In this document: positions 40,601-53,224 of the stretch, in pieces
How the letters are laid out: every line of letters starts with the position of its first letter
Numbering within the stretch: the stretch's first letter is position 1
Source: Azolla caroliniana
Taxonomy: Eukaryota > Plantae > Polypodiophyta
NCBI GenBank assembly: GCA_043228905.1
Contig: JBHGNT010000011.1
Span: 20,770,001 to 20,834,000 of the forward strand
DNA: 64,000 bases
Direction: 5' to 3'
The notes under the pieces: model-generated
Database searches by the model: none
What the model saw: the letters and a program-made list of their open reading frames with translations, nothing else
Told to the model about the DNA's origin: nothing
Program-made: the position numbers and the translations under genes

Positions 40601-43600
40601 CATAGTCAAAAATGATATATCGGTGCATGCACGTTGTGCCACACACACACACACAATATGTTTGTACAAACACAATACTCACATGGGGGAGTCCTTTTGG
40701 CCCACGTTATAAAAACAAAATATTTGAAGATTTGGTTAGTACAATAAGGTACATGATTTTGTATTGAAGGATCTTAGCTGAACTTTGATGATATACATAA
40801 CCATATTACCATATCTCTATATTCGTATCGTACTCTATGAAATTATAGTACCTGAGAGCGCATGGTTGTCTTTTTAGTTGTATCCAAGGTTTTTCGGCTT
40901 CTTTTTAGTTACTTGTATCAAATGTTTTTTGGTTTAGTATAATCCAATGCACTCATTGTATATATACACGATTATCGAGTGTTTGCTTAATCTTTTGTAT
41001 CAACACTCAATCATATCCAAGGTTTTTATTATGTGTGTGCATTCAAGTTGCAAATGTAGTGGCACATCATTTAATTACCCATAATAGCATAAATGAACGA
41101 ACAAATTGCCAAAATCATTTATAGAAGACCATTTTGGTATCAATGCTTTTACATTCATCCACATCGGACTAGCCAAACATGGTAATTGTGTCATCAATAG
41201 GTGACCATAGCCATAAATGTGCCAAACAATATTGAAAACTAGAGTTTACTTAAAAGTTTCACCTTTGTGTAAGGTTGTAACCTAGCCTTACGAGGGACAC
41301 ATGAACATCGTATGTTTAGTTTCAATATCTACATTTGAGTTCGTCTTGACGAGGAAATGCATTTCTAGCTCATATATGTGGCGTAGTTAACATATTATTT
41401 GAGCCAAGAGAGATGCTTCTGCCATTATCTGAATCTCTCTCTCTCTCTCTCTCTCTCGCAATAACAATGAAAAGGTGCACAAATGTCATAACTTGTGAGC
41501 TTGTGAGCATGTGCCATGGGGGGTGGCAATCTTCATATTGTTATTATTTAACATGGGCCAATGCTTTTCGTGGGGATAAGTGGAATAACTATTTTCAAGT
41601 CAGTGTGCAATAGAGAAAGAGCTAAAAAAAGTGCCATTTTTTAACATTGGAGAGACCTAAGTTCAAATCCCAAGAGCAAAAAGAGCCCCCTTTTTTTAAC
41701 TCTCCTACTAACTTTTTAGTTATTTTTTTATTAGTTATGTATTGAATGTGGCGGTTGTGGTTTTTCTGTTGTGTGTGTATAAATTATAAGAACACTATAA
41801 TATTGTTGTTATTGTTATTATTGTTACAACGTGATGATGAATTGATGATCTCTATTTATTCAATGTGCCCCTCCAAAGATCCTAGAAATGAGATAGAAAT
41901 AAATAAAATCCAATCCTCACGCAACTATACAAAATATCCTTCCTAAAAGCCATCGGGCATAGACTATAGTGATAATATTAGGCCTTCATAGCAAGTGGAA
42001 TTCCAATCCCTCACCTCAATACAATGTTTCACGTCCTTAGATAGTGAACAAAGATACATAAATGACTAGGCTCTGATAGCGGCTGCCTCGCCGCCATTTT
42101 GACTTCCATTTTTGTCCTTCCTTTGTTTAAGCACGACAATAAGCCATTTTGTACTCTCGAGTCTCTCCAACCTTTAGAAAAAGAAAACCAACCAACATAC
42201 ATTCTCACATTCACTCCATGCTTACTTGATGTTGCTAAGGAAACACTTCAATCACAATTATTCATCCTCAACAACTCCTAGACATGCTTTGTTATCTGCA
42301 TACTTTTGAAGCTACCTTCATAATTAATTATAGACTCTACTCGTCAATTACATTCTTCTTCCCCTCTTCTCCAACCACCTTGCAATAGAAGATGTTTGAA
42401 ACTACATCCATTCTTGGATACTTTATTCTCCCGCCGCCTTCTCTTTCTTTGCCTATAGGCTATTAGGATGAGGACACATTGTTCTTGCTTTGCCCCTCCT
42501 ACTAGAATGAAGTCTTGTTCATGTTGCATGTCCCCTCACAAGGACAAGACCAAATAATTTACATTACCTTTTCAACTTTCTCTATACAAATCTAGGGTGA
42601 TCCCATTATGCCCACACAATGATCAATTGCCATTATACCAAGGGAAATTCCATTATGCGCATTCTCCGATTCTCCATACCGACACATTGTTTATGCCTCC
42701 TATTTCAATTTTAGTTGTACATAATCTGAAAATCAATTTTGCCAACTAGAATTTTCTTTCCTATGTTGTCTCTACCTGAGATAATAATTTGATTGTAACA
42801 CAAGCGCAAGTAATAGATTAATCGCATCTCAAGTTATGTTGTGTAATGAAAGAATGGATGAAGAGATGAAATTTTGTTTTTACAACATGTTGCACGGATT
42901 TCATAATTCTTTAGTTTTAGACATAGCCTTTCCAATAAGATGTATTGTACTTGTATGAATTTGGGACCAACTTCAATAAACTACCAGTCAAATTTAGACC
43001 AATTCACTTTAACATAATCTCCATGTTTCCAATAGTTTCAATGGTTGTAGTTGTATGATGTTATTTGCCAAGATGGTGTCAAAATTAATATCACCAAAAC
43101 TCTATCTATAGTAAAATGTGCAATATCAAATATCACTCGAGGATTTTTTTAATCTAAAACTTGTTGAGTGGGTATCTCCTCTTAGTCAAATTATCGATTT
43201 AATTCCCCAAATGTACAATAACCTTGATCATTTACATAGGGCTTCGAAAAATAATATCCACTAAAAGTAACCCATTTAAGCTCTCACAAGCTCCCTTTAA
43301 ATTACTCAAGACAAGGGGAATGGTTTCTTTGGATAATCTTCCAAAGCTTCATGTGGGAGGAGACTTTGATACAAGGTGATAACATGGAATTAGTGTAATC
43401 ACTTAATGTATGAACTTTTGGTTTCCACCAATCAACCTTATCAACTAAATTGTAGCCAAATGGCCGACATACAACATACAATTTGTTAAACTATTAACCT
43501 AAGTTGAAATACCCCAATAATTAGTTGCTACCGGCATCACCATAATTTATCCTCGCGTGTAGAATGCTATGGTACAAATAACCACAAGATTAATTATTGG

Positions 43601-44343
43601 TCTAATCTATAATTTCAACTCTAAGTGATATGCATGTTCCTCGATTCTAGTATGTCAAGATGTAATTCATTTTCATTGTGGAATTCCTCAATCATGTGAA
43701 GTAAATGTTGACACCATGAGATGCATACCCAAATGTTCACTTAAGCTCGGTACCAAAATGTCACTCAAGACATGATAAATTTCTAATCCTCTTTGAATGT
43801 TATACCAACACCACAAGTTTTCGTAATTAAGAAAAACAATTCACGTAATTTCTTATCAATAAAAACCTACTTTCATACAAATTTGCTATATGTCTTATAA
43901 TTTTAGTATTTCGATATGTAATTACAAGATTGGAGCTTCAAATTTCCAAGAAACCTCAAAGTTTTAACTCATACACTTAACCTCATAGTCTCTTGACATG
44001 GGCGTTTTGCACTTCAAGAAGTTCTTCCATATTTCGATAACACAACTAAAAGTTACTTTCTTAAATGAGTTTTATAAATTGGTTGTCATCCAGACAATAC
44101 CAGTTTTTTTAAGTTGCACGATAATGCAACTCAAGTTTCTTTGTTAATCAAACTTCATAAATTCGTCTTGACAATATTTGATTTGGGATACTTTTGTAAT
44201 TTGTCTAATTTGAGAGTGAAATGAAGTTCCTTTAAAATACCAATAAATGGCAAAGACTTAAAAACCTATGAATTCAAATTGTTGTATGCCATTATCAATA
44301 TCCAATTTAACATTGAACTTAAAAACCTTGATCAAGGCCCCTA

Positions 44344-44482
44344 ATGCTAAAAAGTGCCCCTAAAAGTTACGTTCAACACACAAGCCAAAATGATACTTCG
44401 ACGATGAACCTTAAAACACTATTTATCATTATGCTAAAAAGTGCCCTTAAAAGTTACTTTGAGCATACAAGCCAAAATGATA
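44344..44482. repeat. Degenerate direct repeat, period ~87 bp
   Basis: ATGCTAAAAAGTGCCC.TAAAAGTTAC...ACAAGCCAAAATGATA at 44344 and 44431. Confidence 0.8.
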
Positions 44483-44769
44483 TTAAAACATTAAAATGAG
44501 TTGATGCCAAGGTAGTTAGACAACCTGAGAATAGAGCTAAAAAAACTTGGATACAACATTGAAATGTTGCTAACATGATTAAAACGGCTGATTTGAAACT
44601 TCAATAACATCAAAATCATAAGAAAACATTTGTCTAAAACTTGGGCAACATCAAATCATTTCGTGTTCTAAGCTAATATATTTATTGCATATATAATTAC
44701 TTGCCTCCTACCCATAGAAACATCGGGCCACATAAAGTGGGTTTAGTGAGTTGATGACATCAAATTCTA

Positions 44770-44952
44770 GACAAAGTGTGTTTTTCAAATGTCTTAATAT
44801 CATATAATGGACTCTCAAACCGTGTGGTCATAAAAAGTCCCATTCCACTACCTCTCGACAAAGTGTGTTTTTCAAATGTCTTAATCATATAATGGACTCT
44901 CAAACTGTGTGGTCATAAAAAGTCCCATTCCATTACCTCTCGACAAAGTGTG
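44770..44952. repeat. ~86-bp tandem repeat, about 2.1 copies
   Basis: GACAAAGTGTG... starts at 44770, 44857 and 44942. Confidence 0.9.
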
Positions 44953-45826
44953 GGCTTAAAGTCTTAATTCGTTTAATAAATTTGTCAAAGTGTACAAACT
45001 TTCAAATTAAGGGTCATTCTAAGACTTGCAAATTCAACTAGAAGGCAATAAAGAGCGGCTTGAAAATGATGCTATTAAATTAGTTTGGATGACAATAAAA
45101 GCATAATGTGATTCATTCAATTTAAGATGATCAAGAGTGGCACCAAAAATTGACTCATTCAAGTAATTTGGGTAACATTAAGATCATCATTATGTGATTC
45201 TCATTTTGCCAACCAAAAAACAATCCATTATAAAAATGTCTCAATTGTTTCATGGTTAAATCAAATTTTAGTCTTAAGAAGTCTCATTACCTCTAGCTTT
45301 GAGGGAGAGTAATAGTTTAGTTTCTTGGACGTTAAATTTTCTTAAGTATTTCAAATTAAAGATGAAAATGTTACCCTATCAAGAAAAGATGAGCTAGTTT
45401 AGAAATGTGAGTTATAGATTATATGCATTCAATGTGTCGAGCATATGACAGGCAAGGATCTTTAGGATGTGAGAGGGAAGTCCTAACAACTAAGCAAAGA
45501 AATAACGTATGAACAAACTAGACCTCTAAAGTGAACTCCATGCCAAAATCAAATGGTTTTGGTCCTGGGAGCACTAGTAACATTGGGAGATCTCCAAAGT
45601 CAACTCCATGGTAAAATCAACATTTTTGGGCTTGGGAGAACTAGTTGCATAATAGGTAACCACATAATAGAACATTTGACTAAACGTGATGATAGTTTGT
45701 TGCACATGAATGGTTTGCACAACCATAATTGGATGTGACCAATTATAGTGGTTTGCATGAACAAATCATGCACGACTCATTGCTAATTTTAGAATTAGAA
45801 ACCACAAACATGAGTGAAACTTCCAA

Positions 45827-45850
45827 TTTCTGATACTAGTGATGAATTTT
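45827..45850 (-). mobile_element. Degenerate LTR end and PBS(Met-i) junction of an old LTR retrotransposon
   Basis: Minus strand reads ...TTCATCA C TAGTATCAGAAA, resembling LTR-CA plus TGGTATCAGAGC. A decayed CCHC-like trace lies near 42590-42630 (minus strand). Confidence 0.3.
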
Positions 45851-46324
45851 GGGAAAGGAAGTTGAGTATGGAACTTTTTGTTCAACAAGAAACCTTGGGT
45901 CAACAAGATGATCTTTTAAGGGATCAATATCAACTTCTTGCTCACAAGCAACCCTCATCCCAAAGGTAAACCATTTATTCAATTCCCTACTAAAGAGATC
46001 AATAGTAAGAAAACACTAGAGAGATCAATATCAAATTCTGGATAATGGCCAATCAACATGCCCATTGGTGAACCAACCTTTAATATTAGGAAAACAATTT
46101 GACCTAGAGCTTGCCAATAGATTGGATGAGAAATTTTCCTTGCAGAAAGTCGATGGACATGGCATGACATGCCAACCTTTGAATCAAGTACAAAGTTTTG
46201 ACTTCATAAGTTCTTGATTTTCTAGCTTCATACAAACATTATGGCAAGACACATGGTAGAATGTGTATAATAAGAATGTGAATATTATATGAACACACAA
46301 ATGCATGTGGCTATGGGAAGGTGT

Positions 46325-46581
46325 CATTGCCAAGCATTAATCTCATGCATTTCAATGGTGATGGCAAATGTCTCACACAAAGTGAAAATTTATGCAAAAT
46401 AATATGTCCTCATGGGGGTTGCACATCAAAGGAAAGGCAAAAACTTTGCATGACATTGGCGAAGCATTGATCTCATGCCTTTCAATTAAAGGTGAAGGTA
46501 ATTTCAAGCACAAATGAAATAAATATTATGTAAAATAAGATGTCATCACAACTTGCACATAAAGAGAAGGCAAATACTTTG
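46325..46581. repeat. Degenerate ~130-bp tandem duplication downstream of the oleosin gene
   Basis: CATTG.C.AAGCATT.ATCTCATGC.TTTCAAT...TTGCACAT.AA...AAGGCAAA.ACTTTG present twice. Confidence 0.8.
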
Positions 46582-46745
46582 AAGTTTGCATGACTAAAGA
46601 AAAACTTACATTTAAAAAGAAGGATGTGACTTTCTATTATATACAATAGATCATGAGAGTATGGAATATATTTTCCATGTTATTTGAGGACATAAAAAGA
46701 AAGAGAGCTTATGTGCATGTAGAATGACCTTATGATATCGACAAT

Positions 46746-47240
46746 TTAAGCTCCGGGCGCAGCTTCTACCGCTTTTCCCTGTATGGTGTCTGCAATGTCA
46801 CGAGCTTTGTGGCGCACTTGTTCTGCGGTGTCATGGATACGAGCACGTGCATAATCCACTTGTTGGGTGCCAGGAGGGTGACGACCTTGGAAGTAGTTGT
46901 AGAGCCATGCACCAAATGAAGCGACACCCCAAGTGGCCACACAACCCAATGATGCTGCCGCTGATGCAGAAAACACTAAGAAACCCAAGGGGACCAATAG
47001 AGGGCCAAATAACATGAGTAAAGGGCTTAAGAGAGGGAGGGCAAATGCAGCTCCGCTGACAAGCATGAGTCCAGCAAGGCAAAAGGCCAATGTCGCAGCT
47101 AATAACTGGTGCCAATGGTCTCGGAGCTTTTCCATGATTCCACCCGTATGTTCGCGAGCCTGTCCAACCATATTTCCGGCTCGCTCACGAACTTGTCCGA
47201 CGGCACCTCGTGCTTGATCCTTTGCCTCTTGAGCCGACAT
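46746..47240 (-). CDS. Oleosin, U-lineage type, 164 aa, intronless
   Basis: Likely start MSAQEAKDQ (ATG at 47240). Long central hydrophobic hairpin with knot PLLMLFGPLLVP, then WLYNYFQGRHPPG..QVDYARARIHD and the C-terminal AAPGA typical of U oleosins. Confidence 0.93.
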   Translation of the reverse strand: MSAQEAKDQARGAVGQVRERAGNMVGQAREHTGGIMEKLRDHWHQLLAATLAFCLAGLMLVSGAAFALPLLSPLLMLFGPLLVPLGFLVFSASAAASLGCVATWGVASFGAWLYNYFQGRHPPGTQQVDYARARIHDTAEQVRHKARDIADTIQGKAVEAAPGA

Positions 47241-47381
47241 TTTGTTTTGTTGTTGTTGGTACCTCCTGAAGTGAGAACACACACACACACACAAACAAAC
47301 AACACTCTTGCTCACTCACTAAATATAGGATTTGATGCGTCAAAGTACACAAAATGTCAATGTAACAAACACAAACAATAA

Positions 47382-47416
<35 letters not shown>

Positions 47417-47572
47417 TAAGAAGCCTAATCTTCTTATAAGGTAGCAGAGAATTTCTTCTTTATTGTTAGTGATGTGATGATTACGTATACAACCTCATGA
47501 TTCCCAATCTTTATCCTACTATATTTTTCTTTAATTTAGGCATATTATGTTGTTCACCGCTTTCCTAGAGGA

Positions 47573-47595
47573 TGCATGCACTCGCCCCACGTGGC
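47573..47595 (-). promoter_or_regulatory. RY element plus G-box/ABRE module upstream of oleosin
   Basis: TGCATGCA (47573-47580) lies 7 bp from CACGTGGC (47588-47595), about 340 bp upstream of the ATG. A (TA)n/TATA-like tract is at 47388-47413. Confidence 0.7.
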
Positions 47596-50500
47596 ACACA
47601 TAAAAATAGGCTTTTTTAAAATTTTAGCAATTTCTAGACACAAAACAACCAAACTTTAGATTTCCAACCTCTCTCTCTTTTCCTCATCGTGTATGAAATG
47701 ATAAAAAGTCTCTCTCTTCTACTTCTCAAATTCATCCTTTTGAAATCATAGTGTAATGTAATGGAGTGTCTCTCCTCTAAATCAACTTCATCATATAAAT
47801 CTAGATGCATGTTGCCATCCTTGCAACATAGTAGGATTCCCGTGCAATGTATAGGAATGGTGCTTTTCTAAATCGTGACAGTCATATAGATCCATTTGTA
47901 CGTTGTCATCCTTGTACTGTAGTAGGATACCCTCTTCACAACTCTTCCCGACCATTGAAATGATCACGTTTTCCTCGCAAATGTAAAGATGAAAACTATC
48001 CTTTCAAAGACAATGCTAACAAGAATATAAGTGCTCAATTGAGTGTTATTGCAACTCATGAATTTTTTATGTTTGTTTATCGCCATTTTGTCTCGTTTTG
48101 CTTGTTATTGTATGTAGTCAATCAAAATCATGTTGACGTATTTATGCTTAAATAAGTTATCGTGATTTTGATTGGTTGAGTCAAATTACATGTATGTTGT
48201 TGTGGATATAGCAATGCGTTAAAAAACACATTGCACAATTTACCACTTGAACACCACTTCAATTGATCTAACTAACTAGCAAGATTTCCTTCTTGACTTG
48301 CGTGAATATAGCCTAAGCTACCATTGCCCAAAGTTTGTTTTTTGATCTCCCTCAAACAAGCTTGATTTTTGCACTTTTTTATCCTCCTTCATAATTGATC
48401 TCTTAAACGATAAACATATCCATATATTTTCATTGTAATCTTCCCCTTATTTGCTTTATATGTTTCTTACCTTGCGATAAGAAACCTTTGAATTTCATGA
48501 GTGAGTGTGGAAGGATTCTTTAAAATAAATGTTGGTTTTGTCATGCACATTATTAAGTCACACCTTAATTAAAACTAGGAATGTACATTCTGCATGATGT
48601 AGCACTTATGCAAATGGTGAAATTCGAACCGCATTAATGCAATAATATGGGTCATGGTATTCACATGTGACAAAATGGTTCACCAATGGCCTTGAAATCG
48701 AGAATTTGTTACCCTTACTCTACACATGGTTTTGCAGCAAGATCCATAGCAAGAAACTCTATTTCCAAAAGATTTGCATCACACATGAGATCTTCATCCC
48801 ACAAAGATGGCATGATACAAATATCATTTTATGAACTTCAAATAAGATGAATTCGTATAGAGGCAAAGGTACATTGTTGTCTACATGACCCTATAATGGT
48901 CACAAAGTAATAAGCCTAACCCGAGGTCTCCTTATACCAACCAGAGATCACAATAGACATAATTTTCATCTTCCATAACTATTCATACCATACAATTTAC
49001 TTAAATACTCTACTTATAAACCAACTAAAAAATCATTACACATGTATGCATTACCATCATTATCATGGATCTCTAGGAAAGCTTGAACTTTTTTGCAATA
49101 TGGATAACTTCAACTAAGACATATTTGTAATATCCCGTCTATTTTTATTTTGAATATTGTAATTAGGTTACCGTAGTGGTAAGATTCTTAGACTATCGAT
49201 TCTAGTCTTTACATTTTGCTTAATTTACTAGATGCCATTGTGTAATGTAGGGGGTTGAGAGTATGATCCTTTGGTCCCCAATGGAAAACCTTACCAATTG
49301 AGCTACATCCATCTGGATCTCTCTTTATTGATGGAAAAAACAATTATATTAATAAAGGTGTGCCCACTACAACTTGTTGGTATCATTACTACATGGGCAG
49401 TAGGATATGTTGAATCGTCAATAGCGAAGACGAACGCTCCACTAAGAAAAGAATTTTGAGTACTTAATCTAATAAGCAAAATAACTACATCAATACTCCT
49501 ATTAACTTTCGTAGGTATGTTCTAAATCCATGCCCATTGTCAATTACAAAAGCATTGTGCATATCCTAATTATGACACAATCCCCTCTATCTCTAAATGA
49601 GGGAAACAATCTCCATATTATATGCTCTCAAGCAAGCTTATGTAAACACACCCATTGTCTTTTCAGAAGTGTTGGGGAAGCCCAAATCCCAATGTACTCT
49701 AGTAGCCTTTGTTTTCCCTTAACTTGAGAAATTTTACTTTGCATTTCATGTTGGGATGTGTCATTGTCCAATAGCTCTTTTCGTCAACAATTTCTTCAAT
49801 ATTGTTCTTAACCTCTGATTCCTAGACTTGATGATACCATTGGCTTATGGATAACACATCATGTTATATATAGTTATCACAACGTATCATTGTAAGAGCT
49901 TTGATGACTTGTTTGACAAAAGTTACTACACTAATTGCTAATTACTTGATTGGGCAACCAAACCAACACTTTCTACTTGTTCAAACAAGTACCTAACAAC
50001 TCCAGTAAACCTCTAATTTTATCCAATTTTCGAGAAAGGATTGCATCTAAACTTTCCATTGCTTCAAATTCTTGCTAGATCATCATGGCTTGTCAACAAC
50101 GTTAATATATAGGATGGTCACATCTAGAAAATGGTTTGAGATGCACATATGCATTCGTTTGACTTGATTTGGCATAGATAGTCGGCCATCACAAGATGTT
50201 TGTGAAGGAGGTCTTTGAAATTCACACAAAAAAAGAGTGTGTCATGGATAATTAATTGTGTGGAGTAATGATGTAAAGTCGGGTATGCCACTGTATATGA
50301 TCAAAGTATCAACTAAGGCCTTTTTCATTTGTGGGGAGTTGGCATCTCATGAATGGCCTTTACTTTCTTTGGGTATATCACGATGCTTTTATAATGATAT
50401 GGCCAAATAACATATTGTTAGATATGCCAAACTCTTAATGTTGGAGTGCCCTTCATAGAATTTGTTGAGGTAGAAGGACAAGCTACACAAATGGTTGTTA

Positions 50501-51081
50501 GACGCATCAAACACTATGAATGGTTCAAGAATATCTACATAAATGAAGGAATATATCGTTCACATATTTCGACAATTATGCGCTAGAATGCGCTAGAATG
50601 ACTTGAAGATCATGACAAATGCACCAAATACTCCCCATTCCACAATGAATAAGGCCTTTTTCTAGTCTTCCAATGTCATCCATATCTCGTTGTAGTCGTT
50701 AAACCCGGTTTGGACGCTATAGATTTCGTGTTCATGGACTTATGGAATCATATAAATAGATTAATTCACAAAGGGAGGCTAGATCATCAGGTAGGTACCC
50801 TATCATTAACATTTACATTCACTTAAGTAACAATGACTTAACCAATAAATCAACGAAATCGTCATGATCTCCTTTGATGTCCCTATTTGGCCTAGATAGG
50901 CTAGATCAAACCTATAACATAAGCATATAGACACTCACCAACCTAAGTCCCTAACTTATTTCCAACGAAACCCCTTCCCGACAAAAGCTCGTACACGATG
51001 ATGACATTGCCAGGTAATGTGTTCATTGAAAACAAATCCTATACCTTGTTGCCACATGGAAAGCCATGGTCTGTGATACGC

Positions 51082-51265
51082 GAGTTAAGGATCTCATGCA
51101 AAGGATTTGATCGTCCGGTAAAGTCCCAGATTTGGATCGTGAATTGACCCAATGGACCATGGAAAGGCATGGTCGGTCTCTGTTACGGGAGTTAAGGATC
51201 TCATGCAAACGATTTGATTGTCCGGCAAATTCCCAGATTCGGATCACGAACTGATCGAATGGACC
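51082..51265. repeat. Direct repeat (~77-bp core, period 107) in the mTERF proximal promoter
   Basis: GAGTTAAGGATCTCATGCAAA.GATTTGAT.GTCCGG.AAA.TCCCAGATT.GGATC..GAA.TGA...AATGGACC at 51082 and 51189. Confidence 0.9.
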
Positions 51266-51409
51266 GGTCACACACAACTTGTGTAGGGAGTGTGTCCGGT
51301 GTGTCTCAATAGCATTATCTTCTTCTTCTTCTTCTTCTTCTTGGAATGAAAGAGATGATATTTTGCCCAACACAAAAGCAGAGAGACCAAAAACCTCAAA
51401 AATGAGGAT

Positions 51410-53224
51410 ATGTTTTGTTCTAACTTGTTCTCTAAGCTTGGTTGTGGAGGTATGGCCCTGAGGTCATCATCATCACCATCTTCTTGTTCAATTGTCTGTC
51501 AGAACAGAAGCATAAGAAGAGCCAGAAGCAGAGATTTCATGGCCTGCTCCATTCTCCTCCCGAGGTGTATACCTTCTCCAGATTCCAAATCATATCAACG
51601 AAATTCTCAAGGTAAATTACTTTGTTTCTCCGCAGCCGATAAACATAAAGAAAGGTTTCGAGACTACCTTTTTCCCCCATCAATGAGACAGAAATGTAAC
51701 TACAGTAGTGGTAGTAATATTATTCCGGTTAGGGCGTTTTCAAGCCTTGTTTCAACTAACAAGGATTCATCCACAAGGACTTCTCCTTCTATAACGTGGG
51801 GTATAATACCTCAGAAATCCGAAGGAAGGAAGAAAGTAATAGAATATCTTGAATCACAAGGCATCACCAATACGGCGGAGTTGAAAGGAATCGAACTACC
51901 AAACTCTGTTGAGGTAATGGAAGAAAGAGTCAGCTTCTTGAAAAAGCTAGGTCTCACCATAGAAGCAATAAATGATTATCCTCTTATGGTTACATGTAGC
52001 ATCAAGAAAAACCTCATCCCTGTGCTCGATTACCTTGAAAATCTTGGTTTCCGATCCCGAGATTTGCCGTCATTTCTAGAGAGATATCCAATGGTCCTCC
52101 ACTCGAGTGTGGTGATAGATCTAATACCCACTGTTGATTACTTGCTCGGTTTGGACATCCAGCGGAAAGATGTTCATCGTGTCTTGTTGAGGTACCCGGA
52201 CATCCTCGGTTTCAGACTAGAAGGCACCATGAGCACATCAGTGGCTTATCTCATAAGTATCGGTGTGAGAGCAAGATGTATAGGTCGCATGTTGACCGAG
52301 TTTCCTGAAATCTTAGGCATGCGGGTTGCCAATATGATTAAACCTAAGGTTGATTTCATTGTAAGTTATGGAGTGCCGAAAAGCATCATTGCAAGAATAC
52401 TTGAAGTTCGGCCATACATCCTTGGATTTGACTTTGATGATACTATGAAACCGACAGTTGATTGTCTTGTAAAAGCTGGTGTGAACAAGGAAGGCATTTC
52501 GCGTATTATTACTCAATATCCTGACATTCTAGGACGTGATATTAGGAAGCAACTCTCAGAAAAGACGAAGTGGCTTGTTGGTGAAATAAAGATCAGTCCT
52601 TGCAATGTGCCAAGAGTAATTGAAAAGTTGCCTCAGGTATTATTTATCAAAGAAGATATGGCTATGGAGAGGGTTGATTATTTCATTGATTCAGGTTGCT
52701 GTCGCGATGATGTTGCCAAGATGGTTACTGAATGCCCACAACTTCTTGCATTGAGCATTGGACAAGCCATTGATCCCAGCTTGAAGTTCCTTACAAGGGA
52801 CATGAAACGCTCTATTGAAGAAATTGTGAAATTTCCTTCTTACTTCACATATGATCTTAAATCGAGGATTATGCCTCGCCACAAAATGATTGCTCTACGG
52901 GGAATCGACTGTAGTTTAGAATGGTTTCTAAATTGTAGCGATCAGAAGTTTAAGGAAAGGTTAGAAGCAGATTATATTGAGGATGATGACAAGGATGATG
53001 AGGGAGAGTCAGAATATGTCTTTCGAATGGGTGGGGCCATATACATTGATGAAGAAGATGAGAAAGTCGATGCAAAAGTGGATGTGTCTAGTTCAGTGCT
53101 AGAAACCAACGATGACTTTAATACGGCCTCAGACATTGATGACGAGGAAATGGATTATTGGGATGATGATGATGATGATGAAGACAAAGAAGAAGAAGAA
53201 GAAGAAGAAGAAACACAAAGATGA
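51410..53224 (+). CDS. mTERF family protein, mTERF4/BSM/RUG2-like, organelle-targeted, intronless
   Basis: 604-aa ORF with a Ser/Arg-rich transit-peptide-like N-terminus and repeated YP..L mTERF motifs. Contains segments typical of mTERF4: MEERVSFLKKLGL, KKNLIPVLDYLE, LGFRLEGTMSTSVAYL, LGMRVANMIKP, CSLEWFLNCSDQKF. Acidic C-terminus. The true start may be 51410 or 51452. Confidence 0.93.
   Translation: MFCSNLFSKLGCGGMALRSSSSPSSCSIVCQNRSIRRARSRDFMACSILLPRCIPSPDSKSYQRNSQGKLLCFSAADKHKERFRDYLFPPSMRQKCNYSSGSNIIPVRAFSSLVSTNKDSSTRTSPSITWGIIPQKSEGRKKVIEYLESQGITNTAELKGIELPNSVEVMEERVSFLKKLGLTIEAINDYPLMVTCSIKKNLIPVLDYLENLGFRSRDLPSFLERYPMVLHSSVVIDLIPTVDYLLGLDIQRKDVHRVLLRYPDILGFRLEGTMSTSVAYLISIGVRARCIGRMLTEFPEILGMRVANMIKPKVDFIVSYGVPKSIIARILEVRPYILGFDFDDTMKPTVDCLVKAGVNKEGISRIITQYPDILGRDIRKQLSEKTKWLVGEIKISPCNVPRVIEKLPQVLFIKEDMAMERVDYFIDSGCCRDDVAKMVTECPQLLALSIGQAIDPSLKFLTRDMKRSIEEIVKFPSYFTYDLKSRIMPRHKMIALRGIDCSLEWFLNCSDQKFKERLEADYIEDDDKDDEGESEYVFRMGGAIYIDEEDEKVDAKVDVSSSVLETNDDFNTASDIDDEEMDYWDDDDDDEDKEEEEEEEETQR

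Noticed and set aside
47241-47315. N-terminal extension of oleosin in the ORF track (MSKSVVCLCVCVC...)
   Set aside because: It starts at a non-ATG codon and runs through (GT)n 5'UTR sequence. The ATG at 47240 has good context.
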